Positions 7,766-16,450 of a stretch of 20,233 nt of DNA are shown here, piece by piece. The position numbers and the translations under genes were made by a program. Positions within the stretch are counted from its first letter, which is position 1. Every line of letters starts with the position of its first letter. The DNA lies in assembly GCA_037447435.1 (NCBI GenBank), contig JBBIGR010000062.1, positions 1-20,233 of the forward strand, in the 5' to 3' direction. This DNA is from Fibrobacteria bacterium (GTDB lineage: Bacteria > Fibrobacterota > Chitinivibrionia > Chitinivibrionales > FEN-1185). A model generated the notes under the pieces. The model did not search any database, was not told the origin of the DNA, and was given only the letters and a program-made list of their open reading frames with translations.

Positions 7766-9250
7766 TTAAGTTAGCGCCTGTAGTACATGAAGAATTTCCA
7801 CCATTGCCAGTGTGTCTAATTCGCAATAAGCAAGTAAATCCTTTCGGATCAACGTCCATTCAGCGATCGACATCTTGCCCTCAACGAACATCTGAAACTG
7901 CAGACTTGCGTCGTCGCCATGCCTTATTGACAGACAGTCATATGACAATGACGGAACCAGAACGGGCAAAACCTTTTTCAAGGAGCACGAACCTTTGAAT
8001 CGATAATCCACATAGTCGGCATTACGAAAAGGCAAAATCAGATCAACGATGCGTGAAATTATAGCTCCTATTTTGGTGGATTGATCCGGGAACAAAATCG
8101 CCATTCGCTCAAGCACCGACTTTTCGAAGCTGGCGTTCCACGAGAGAACCGACCCTCCAAAAGCAGTTAGGATATCAACCAACGCATCGCAAAGCTGCCG
8201 ACGCGGATCGGCGGGGCTGTTCGGAAGAAATTCGAAATGCTGAAGAATACCTCCCATTTCTTGTTGCCCATGTATGCTAAACTGGAAGGGAATTTTCTCA
8301 TAAGGAATGGTGCCATCGTAGGGTGGAATGCAGACTGCAAACGTTTCGAAATCCAAGTAGTAGACTGGAAAACGAATTTTTTTCAGGAATGCTCTGATCG
8401 CGGCACCCTTGATAACTGGCTCCTTTGACTTGGCACTCTGTACCAGTGCACCCTGCCGGACTGAAAGAAGGATATTCGTTGGAATGTCTTCAAGTCGTGA
8501 AATTCCTTGCTCCAGAAGCATAGGAATTGTTTTAGCCCCGTACGGCAACTGATAAACGGACGTTGCCGGAAGCTCCTTGTGGCAGAATTCATAAAAAGCG
8601 CATTCGCCAAGTGTTTTGCATTTTGTTCCCAGTATGGTGCACGGAGGTTCTCGTTGCTCTGCAAGCTCAATCAAGGCCTCTACCTTGCACTGAACGTTTT
8701 TGACTTCAGCGTCCACCTCCTTGGTAAGCTCCTGAGCAACGAACAATCCATGAGGATCGATGCCACCGCTGCGCAAATAATCGCGGTTGATGTGGATCAG
8801 AAATTTTCGTCCGACTTCCTGCCCAGAACGCTGGATACAGTGGGCCTGAAAAGCCACATCATCCAGGTGACTCGGCTTCACTGCCATGCACATTTTGACT
8901 TCGCCCAGATCCCAAGGTGCGTCAGGAGACCGGTGGAGAACATCGCAACGACAGCGCAAGGCACCTGCAGCAAACGCTGGTTCGAACATGCACAATACCC
9001 CGGATTCAATCGCCGTTTGCGTCTCGTCCAAAACGCGGTCAAAGGGCTGGAATTCTCCACTTCCGATAAGGATGGCATCGGGAAACAACTTTCGCGCGTA
9101 CTCGCCAACCAGATGCCCAGTGCCAAACAGATATTCGGTTGATGCGTTGACCGGCGCAGCCAATTCCGGCAAGTTTCTTCTCAGCCAGAAGAGTCGCGGA
9201 CATCTCAAACCTTCAAGGTATTGTGACTTTGAAACAGTTATGTTATTCAT
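7766..9250 (-). CDS. DUF2779-type nuclease: Cas4/RecB-like PD-(D/E)xK domain fused to an RNase H-fold DEDDy exonuclease-like domain
   Basis: N-terminal SKSQYLEGLRCPRLFWL, CDVL...GEVK and C-x5-C-x5-C cluster. C-terminal YLDFET (Exo I), WNASFE (Exo II) and LAYCELD (Exo III). Confidence 0.85.
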   Translation of the reverse strand: MNNITVSKSQYLEGLRCPRLFWLRRNLPELAAPVNASTEYLFGTGHLVGEYARKLFPDAILIGSGEFQPFDRVLDETQTAIESGVLCMFEPAFAAGALRCRCDVLHRSPDAPWDLGEVKMCMAVKPSHLDDVAFQAHCIQRSGQEVGRKFLIHINRDYLRSGGIDPHGLFVAQELTKEVDAEVKNVQCKVEALIELAEQREPPCTILGTKCKTLGECAFYEFCHKELPATSVYQLPYGAKTIPMLLEQGISRLEDIPTNILLSVRQGALVQSAKSKEPVIKGAAIRAFLKKIRFPVYYLDFETFAVCIPPYDGTIPYEKIPFQFSIHGQQEMGGILQHFEFLPNSPADPRRQLCDALVDILTAFGGSVLSWNASFEKSVLERMAILFPDQSTKIGAIISRIVDLILPFRNADYVDYRFKGSCSLKKVLPVLVPSLSYDCLSIRHGDDASLQFQMFVEGKMSIAEWTLIRKDLLAYCELDTLAMVEILHVLQALT

Positions 9251-9455
9251 GATTCATCATCCTTTCTCCAGAAAGGCCAAATCCGAGCTGCCTCTGCCTG
9301 AGGATCGAGAAATTTTGCCGCAGAATCCGGCGACAGTCCCGCCGATCACACCGGTTGAAAAGGCGCCTTGTTTTTCCTCGTGTCGTTTGCCCATAGAACT
9401 GCAACATTCCCTTATATCCTTGGTAGTTTTTCCGAACATTTTCTCCGTTACTCAT
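9243..9455 (-). CDS. Small basic hypothetical protein, 70 aa; first gene of the operon
   Basis: AAGGAG SD before ATG 9455; stop overlaps the nuclease start. An alternative frame (9257-9439) cannot be excluded. Confidence 0.45.
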   Translation of the reverse strand: MSNGENVRKNYQGYKGMLQFYGQTTRGKTRRLFNRCDRRDCRRILRQNFSILRQRQLGFGLSGERMMNHE

Positions 9456-9723
9456 GGTAGTCTCCTTGTTAAGGTTTTGAATCTTGTTTGGCTGACCGAA
9501 CCCGTTCACCGCTCCACAATCGCAATCCTCCTCACTCTTTTTTCCCGTTTCACCCTCCTTTCGGTGTTACGTACTGCGTGCGTCTTTGTACACACAATTA
9601 TTATACACGTTTAAGGCCTCGGAACTATCCGAGTTTTTTGTGTACGCTGTACGGATCGATGTATATTTTTTTTGTTGGGTGTTGGTTGTGTGGCAAACCT
9701 TTTTAGTGCGTGAGAGTCCAGAA

Positions 9724-9900
9724 ATGAAAAAGAAGAAAGAAAGATTCAGGCTGGAGGAGAAGGATCAGCGCCTGGATGTGCGGCTTACAACGTCCTTGCG
9801 AGACCGGTTGGAGGCGTTTTGCAGGCAAAATTCAAAGCGGTTGACAGATGTAATCACCTTGGCTTTAGAAGAATACCTAATGAAAAACGAGGCAAAATAG
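9724..9900 (+). CDS. Ribbon-helix-helix (CopG/Arc-like) DNA-binding protein, 58 aa
   Basis: Beta-strand QRLDVRL, helix SLRDRLEAFCRQN and helix LTDVITLALEEYL. ATG 9724 is in frame with the listed ORF. Confidence 0.8.
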   Translation: MKKKKERFRLEEKDQRLDVRLTTSLRDRLEAFCRQNSKRLTDVITLALEEYLMKNEAK

Positions 9901-9967
9901 TCTGCTCTTGATGGTTAGCATTTCAAGATAAGAAAATGTTTTTCTTGTGAGAATAGGAATCATTATT

Positions 9968-10396
9968 GTGGGAATAACCTGCGCATATTCATGCAATGCA
10001 TGCGGGCACCAAATCGCGACTTGTGACTTGGTTGAATTCACTCGATCTGTAGATGGATCGTTGGAAACAGTCTCTCATCTCTCCGTGTGGGGAACCAGAA
10101 GGCCGTTTATTAAAGAAGGTTGGTGTGGCTTTGCAGCTGATGCGTATTGCAAGTCCTGCCACAAAGAAGGCCGAATAATTTTACAAGAGTTCAAGCGGCC
10201 TCGGTATAGGGGATTTGGTATACTGGATATGGAGGTGGAAGATTTTCTCCCGCAATATCAAATTTCGGATTTCCGCCACACCTGCCCATATTGCGGGAGC
10301 GCAGACTGGTCATCTGACGCGCATGCATTCAAAAATGTGACCTGCGATATCTGTGGAAAAGGGCAATATCTCCTAGTGAGTGAATTTCAATTTTAG
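9968..10396 (+). CDS. Zinc-ribbon protein with four CxxC motifs
   Basis: CNAC, CKSC, CPYC, CDIC. GTG 9968 follows AGGA (the ORF is open from 9947). A paralogous fragment lies at 20169-20233. Confidence 0.8.
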   Translation: MGITCAYSCNACGHQIATCDLVEFTRSVDGSLETVSHLSVWGTRRPFIKEGWCGFAADAYCKSCHKEGRIILQEFKRPRYRGFGILDMEVEDFLPQYQISDFRHTCPYCGSADWSSDAHAFKNVTCDICGKGQYLLVSEFQF

Positions 10397-11495
10397 TACT
10401 GGTTGGCGCTCATTGTCGTACGTCTCTTTTAAAACAGCTATAATGGTCGACTTTATTTGACAGATTTCATATTTATTATAAGTAGTTTTTCTCTTATGTT
10501 TTATGCTGCCTGTTTCAAGGTTATGCTTCCAAAATATATTTCGCCTGGGTAATTGTATTCCAGGGAACTGTGTTCTCTTCTTGCGTTATATCGTAAAAAG
10601 TATTGTTGTCCTAACAACCAGGTTGGATTTTGGAAAGTCGAAATGGGTTACAATTTTTCTTCATGGAAGAATATAATAACATAGTAACAAAATTTTAAAG
10701 TGAGAATTACAGAAAAATAGGGGAAATTAAACTGGGACACCGGTGGTACAAATTAAAGTTCGTGATAAGCTTTTTATCGTTATTATCCGATAAAGAACTG
10801 CCAACGATCTGCTTGACCTTACCGTTATGTAAATCTATGCATGGTCTGAATTTCATATGATTACAAAACACTTTAATTTAACCGTAGAAACCATTCAACT
10901 TCTCAACTAAACCCGCAATATTTCATGTGCTCGGATTACCAATTTTGAAGGTTTTAATAGTATACCGTATGCGCCTGGCTTTGCAATTTTATTGAATTGT
11001 GATTTTATTTTCGTCAAAATAAGCTTAATGTTGATTTACCACTTGTTAAACATTGTCAGCCCATCATGCATAATTTATACTTTATTATACAGCAACATTA
11101 TCTTTTTGAAAGTAAATATTTTAAATTATTATCCCAGATAATTTTTCGGATGGTTTTAAAACTTAATACTATCTCTAGTAAACACCGTAATTCCTTGGCA
11201 TGTGCGCACCGTAAAGTCATAAATTGCTGCCAACAAACAAATTAATTCGTATATTTTTATATTAACAATTCTATCTCTTATTTTTTCCTTTTTATATTTA
11301 TTATTAATTAGCATATTGATAATTATTTGGTGTGCATTTATGTTATAATATAGTAGTAAGCATTATTGAAACAACGTAATCACCTGTAGTAAATAACCAT
11401 ATACAAAAGATAACTATGCCAATTCAATAATTTTGATGTTGCCTACTATTAAGCACTTTTGGTAACATAATCTTAATTGTATTTATTATTTATTA

Positions 11496-11524
11496 TTGAC
11501 TTTTTAAATTATGTATTGTATGTT
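11496..11524 (+). promoter_or_regulatory. Candidate sigma70 promoter for the 11707 gene
   Basis: TTGACT-17 bp-TATGTT preceded by an AT-rich tract. The AT-rich background makes chance matches possible. Confidence 0.45.
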
Positions 11525-11706
11525 TTAGTTGTAATTGTCAAATTAGCAAAGCAGCAAGTTGGTCAAGTTGTATTGTTTACAGTCGAAATAAGATTCAAAA
11601 AAAACTATTGAAAAGACGCGCTTAAATGGACATGCCTGAATGCATGATTGTGTTGCTTTGTGGCACATAATTTTAACATTAATTCATTAACTAAAGGAGG
11701 CTCGTT

Positions 11707-14495
11707 ATGCCTTCAACCCTTCCGTTAACCGGCAATGGAAACATTACAATGAATTCTACCCCTGCCGACGCTCAAATAAAATTGACTGATGCTAATGCTG
11801 GAAATGGCAATACTTTATCAATAATTGGCTCAAATGGAGCTGCTGGAAATAATGGAGGTGGAAATATTGTTCTTTCCCCGGGTGCTAAAACAGGCACAGG
11901 TTCAGGCGGTTTCGTTGGAATTGGTACTGCTAGTCCAACCGAAATGCTTGAGGTTGCCGGAAATATAAAATTAGCCTCACCAGCAACTGAAAGAGTTTGG
12001 ACTACTCAAAAGGTTTACAACGTGCTTGATTATGGAGCAATCCCGTTAGTAACGAGAACCTATGGTCAAGGTGGAACAATTTTAGGAGCCACATTATCCG
12101 ACGCTAGTATTTCAACATTAAATGTTTCTATCGGTGATATGCTTTGGATTCATAATTTTAATCAAGATTGTGGAGCATATACAATCACAAATGTTGTAAA
12201 TGGCATGATAACAATAGGATCGGCCTTTCCAATTAACGTTCCAGGAGGAGTTATTAGTTGGAAAGTTACATCTGCGGCATCTTCAGTTGATAATACCGGC
12301 CATTTTAATACCGCATTGCTAGCCGCTCAAACTACAGAAAATGGAGGAATAGTTTATGTTCCAAATGGCTATTTTATGTTTAACAACAATGCAAATACCA
12401 CAATTCTAGTACCGTCAAACGTAACCTTACGTGGAATGTGGAATGCGCCAGCAGAATGGATGACCAATTATTGGTTAGCAGGCGTCAATCAAGGCCCAGT
12501 TCTATTGTGTTTATCAAACCAAGGAAATTCAGGAGATGCAACTCACCCTTCGTTTGTAACCCTTTCTGGCGGTACAGACTTTTTAACTTTTGGAGGAACT
12601 GGCGGTTCAAGCACTATTGAAGGGTTAACCATTTTTTATCCAATTCAATGGCTTAATGTAGACTCAGGTAATCCTGATACTTACATTGTTCAGCACTATC
12701 CATTTTGCATAGAATTTCAAGCAGGCCCAACTCCACCACTTCCAAGCACATCAGGGGTTGAATGCGACAACAGAGCTATTAACTTGCAGCTAGTCAACCC
12801 TTACCAAGGTATTAAAATAGTTGCTTTGCCTGGCCCCCTAGATGGCGGTACAGGAAGAAACCACCTATCAAATATTTATGGTTGCCCTCTAATAACGGGA
12901 ATTTTAATAGATAACCTTTGGGATGTTAGTTATATTGAAAAAATCAATTTTAACCCTTATGTTATGTATCTGTATAATGCTCTAATTACTGATACTCTTC
13001 GAGCACAATGGAATACTTTTCTTGTGCTTAACTTAACTGCAATAAAAATCCAACAGGTTGTATGGGCGGTTATCAACGAGGTTTTTGCTATATTTGCTCA
13101 TAATGGTATTTGGATTACAAGTGATCCAACCACTGGCGCAGCACAAGGCCTTTTCGGGTCAAATATTCAATTTGATATGGCTGACTGCGGCATCTATGTA
13201 AATTTGCCTGATAATGCAACTGCAGATTTAGAACTTACGAATGTTCGAATTACATGCGGAACTAATCCTGGTGTTGTCACCGATACTGCTGTATATAGAA
13301 GAAATCATTGCGTATTTGCGGATCCAGCTGGCAATAATGGTTCATGTCTCTTGATGTTGAATAACGGGACTTTTATGAGCTACCTAGGTGGAAATACAAT
13401 TGATTGGGAAATTCCAGATTTTTTAAAGATTTCAAATTTTATTTTCATAGACCATGACCAAGCCGCTATATCGGCAGGTGTATATGCAACTGCTGGACGA
13501 ATTCAAATTCATGGGTGTCTTTTTCAACATAACAGCTTGGGCTTTACAAAGTGCATAAACATCACCTCAGGTGCTTCAATGGGAATAATCTATGGCAATG
13601 ATTACCGTGATTATAGCTCTCCTGTCTCCAGTTTAGCAACAAGCCAGACTTTTTCAGTATCCGGAAATGTTGGAATCGGAACGGTTTCTCCCACTGATAA
13701 ATTGACAATTAAAGATACTCAAGAACTTTCCGTTGGCGACGGCAAAGGAAACGGAGGTTTCTCTGAAATCCAAATCAAGGCACCTGGCGGCGCTATACTA
13801 CTCGGCCTAGAATCTAAAACACCAGGAAATGAATTTATTCGTTGGGCAAATGAAGCTCGAAGGAATTGGATACAATCTTTCGAAGCAACAGCAGGGAACC
13901 CCCAAACCGCCGCTTTGACATTAGGCGTAGGGACGACAAGGGTAATGCTGGTGGTGTTGAAATCCAAATCAAGAATCCCGCAGCGCTTTTGCTTGGTTTA
14001 GATTCAGAAGTGAATGGTAACGAGTTTATTCGTTTTGCCACTGGTCCACGCAAAAATTATGTCCAATCATTTGAAGCTACTGCTGGTAATCCTCAAACTG
14101 CTGCACTTGCGCTTGGGCCAGGATTGACGTCTGCAATAGAAATTGACATTGGGGGGTCTGTTGGAATCGGCTTGACGGCACCAAAGTCTAAACTTGATGT
14201 AAATGGTTCGGTTGGGATTAAAGTTACAACTGTAACAGGCAATTATACTGCTGCTGATGAAGCAGTGATTTTTGTAAATACGGGTACAGCAACAATAACC
14301 CTCCCTGCTGCTTCAACAGTTACGGGCAGGACATATTACATCAAAAAAATCTCCGCAACGGCAGGGACTATCACGATTGATGGGAACGGCGCAGAAACAA
14401 TCGATGGGTCTGCGACCAAACCCTTAACCACTCAGTATCAAGGAATGCAAATAGTAAGTGACGGTGCTGCTTGGTTCATTCTCTCTTTGAAATAA
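11707..14495 (+). pseudogene. Tailspike/tail-fibre-like protein with a pectate-lyase-superfamily beta-helix; split by a 1-nt frameshift (764 aa as read, about 929 aa if repaired)
   Basis: AAAGGAGG SD and no signal peptide. Motifs VYNVLDYGA...DNTGHFNTAL...GGIVYVPNG, three GxVGIG repeats, and a C-terminal TITLPAAS...YYIKK...SDGAAW fibre-type domain in a different frame. One extra G at GGG 13930-13932 joins the two ORFs. Confidence 0.8.
13732..14117 (+). repeat. Tandem intragenic duplication, 65 aa + 64 aa
   Basis: VGDGKGN...EIQIK...LLGL...GNEFIR...QSFEATAGNPQTAAL occurs twice (13732-13926 and 13927-14117), with many synonymous differences. Confidence 0.92.
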
Positions 14496-14511
14496 CGTAA
14501 TATTTGGTTTT

Positions 14512-14550
14512 AAAAAAGGCAGGTGATGTTTTGCGTCATTTGCCTTTTTT
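14512..14550. terminator. Probably bidirectional intrinsic terminator
   Basis: AAAAAAGGCAGGTGATG-TTTTG-CGTCATTTGCCTTTTTT between convergent genes. Confidence 0.85.
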
Positions 14551-14579
14551 CTTTGGTATTGCGGATTCGATATAGTGGC

Positions 14580-16307
14580 TTATGGGAGAAATGATTTCAA
14601 TAGTAGAATTCTGTTTGTACTGCTAAACAAGAGAAAGACTGTTCCATTTTGATGAAGCCCAATTGCAACCCCTTCGCCAGGCTGATCGGTTGGGATTTGA
14701 TAATTGGCAATTTCGACATTGTTTTTATCAGTGACATACAATTCGTAAGAATCACCAGAATTATTAAGATAAACAGAAAAAAGCCTTTGTTTTGGTGAGT
14801 CGAAAGCAATACTGTAAACATAGGCTGATGTTTTTATGGCTGAAAGATTATTTCCTAAACTGTCGAAAAACAGGATGTTTTTTGAATCATCATTGTTCAG
14901 GATAATCTCACCTGAATTTCCACTAACAAGATAATTTGAACTATTCACGTTGCCACATTTCCATGCTCGTTTTCTATTACCATCGTTAGAAAAAACAGTA
15001 ATTGAATCCCCATTTGTAAGGACAAATAAATCATTGCTTATAACATCAATATCAAATATTGGAAATGACAATGTAATTTTATTGATCATTGTCCCTGTGC
15101 TATCAAATTTAAAAACAGTGTCGTTTTCCGCTACAAATGCGTTTTGTTGGCTATCAATAGCGATCTTATAAGGTTTATTTAGAATCGGGCTTCCGAATTG
15201 TCTTTTAAAGTGTATTGCGGAATCGAAAACTTGTATGCGGTTGTTATTATAATCAACAATGTAAATGTCTCCATTGCTTGCAAATGAAATATCAGCAGGA
15301 TAATCAAATTGGCTATTCGCCGACCCTTTACTGCTATAAATCGTATCCAAAGCTAAATAGGACGCAATCTTCACACTCACCCCCGCACTCTTCACCCCTT
15401 CCGTTGCATTCTTGTCAATCGCAGAAACTCGATACTCATAAGTCTGATCCTGAATACCTGTAGAATCACGGTACAGAGTGTCGGTAATCGGTGAAGTATT
15501 TACCTGCTTCAAGACTGAATTCGAGTCAACATTCCTACGGTAAACATTGAGCCCCTTCACAAGTGCAGAATCGGGCTTACTCCAAGATAGGGTTACTATT
15601 TGCTTCAATGTGTCATATTTAATAGACACGTTCTTTGGTGTCGGTATCCCTGTAAATGGCAAGACTATAGAGTCCATGTTCAACGTGTCGCCCGACCCCA
15701 CGGGAATATTGACTATATCAAGCACCCCATAGTTATCCAGGCTCGAAATCACCCGTAAATCATACTTTCCTTCGGCTAATGTAGCGAATTTAAACGAGCC
15801 GTCTGCATTCACCCTTGCAAATCTGTCTATTCCGAAAGCAAGGATAAACACCTTTCTTGGATCCCCACCTTCTGAAAGCCTTATAACGCCCTTTAAAGCC
15901 CCGGCAGGCTTCAATGTGTCTGGTGGTAGAGTTACGACCGAATCCTTGCTCTTAACGGGCACAGAGTCATTTAGAGCAAGATTATTGCCCCCGTCCGTAC
16001 CAACTATCACGTAAGTTCCAGTATCAACAGAGTCGATCACGAATTTACCTGAATCATTGGTCATTGCCGTGGCAGAATCAGACAGGGCAAGACGTTTGAC
16101 AAGAATGCCTGCGGTATCGGCAAGAGAGTTCTTATTGCGTAGGGTAACTTTGGCTCTCTTTGCCGGGGTTTTACCATCCGGACAATATAAAATACCTACT
16201 ATTGTCGGATTGCCTGTTTGCGTGCTATTACCAGCAATATTATTGGTTGTGCAATTTAAATATAAGGCTATATAGAAAATGACCAGTCGAGTTAATATCG
16301 TTTTCAT
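14580..16307 (-). CDS. Lipoprotein with carboxypeptidase-regulatory-like domains, an FN3-like domain and an NHL-repeat beta-propeller
   Basis: Signal ending in LNC-TTNNIAGNSTQTGN; TNDSGKFVIDSVDTGTY and NADGSFKFATLAEGKY; LSW...YRR...YEYRVSAID; FDYPADISFASNGDIYIVDYNNNRIQVFD. Confidence 0.85.
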   Translation of the reverse strand: MKTILTRLVIFYIALYLNCTTNNIAGNSTQTGNPTIVGILYCPDGKTPAKRAKVTLRNKNSLADTAGILVKRLALSDSATAMTNDSGKFVIDSVDTGTYVIVGTDGGNNLALNDSVPVKSKDSVVTLPPDTLKPAGALKGVIRLSEGGDPRKVFILAFGIDRFARVNADGSFKFATLAEGKYDLRVISSLDNYGVLDIVNIPVGSGDTLNMDSIVLPFTGIPTPKNVSIKYDTLKQIVTLSWSKPDSALVKGLNVYRRNVDSNSVLKQVNTSPITDTLYRDSTGIQDQTYEYRVSAIDKNATEGVKSAGVSVKIASYLALDTIYSSKGSANSQFDYPADISFASNGDIYIVDYNNNRIQVFDSAIHFKRQFGSPILNKPYKIAIDSQQNAFVAENDTVFKFDSTGTMINKITLSFPIFDIDVISNDLFVLTNGDSITVFSNDGNRKRAWKCGNVNSSNYLVSGNSGEIILNNDDSKNILFFDSLGNNLSAIKTSAYVYSIAFDSPKQRLFSVYLNNSGDSYELYVTDKNNVEIANYQIPTDQPGEGVAIGLHQNGTVFLLFSSTNRILLLKSFLP

Positions 16308-16450
16308 TATTTTCTCCGATTTTGTACATTATTGTCTTAATCAAGCCCAATCTGTCAATTCTTTAAAATCCATCAAGATGGATTGACAATGCTTATAATT
16401 TCCATCGTTCAAAAGGCATAAATCAACTTTGATGCTTGTCAATTTAGCAA

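Larger units (their letters stand above)
164..10396. mobile_element. Putative integrative element carrying a large serine recombinase; right boundary not determined
   Basis: Begins at the tRNA break. Contains a recombinase operon, XRE and RHH regulators and small hypothetical genes. The core is visibly more GC-rich than the 10.4-19.7 kb cargo. No matching right att site was found. Confidence 0.55.

Noticed and set aside
7766..9250. Cas4-like nuclease as evidence of a CRISPR-Cas system
   Set aside because: No repeat-spacer array, cas1, cas2 or effector gene is visible in the window; Cas4-like domains often occur alone.
8507..9614. Plus-strand ORFs of 211 and 242 aa
   Set aside because: Antisense shadows of the nuclease gene with no recognisable motifs.
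10457..10485. Promoter at a perfect TTGACA
   Set aside because: No good -10 at 16-18 bp spacing and no gene directly downstream.
11525..11706. c-di-GMP riboswitch or sigma54 promoter in the leader
   Set aside because: GCAAA/GACGC fragments are not arranged as the GEMM motif, and TGGCAC at 11661 lacks the -12 TTGC.
13866..14495. Independent 209-aa gene
   Set aside because: Its first ~22 codons are out-of-frame repeat 1 sequence; the rest is the frameshifted C-terminus of the 11707 gene.
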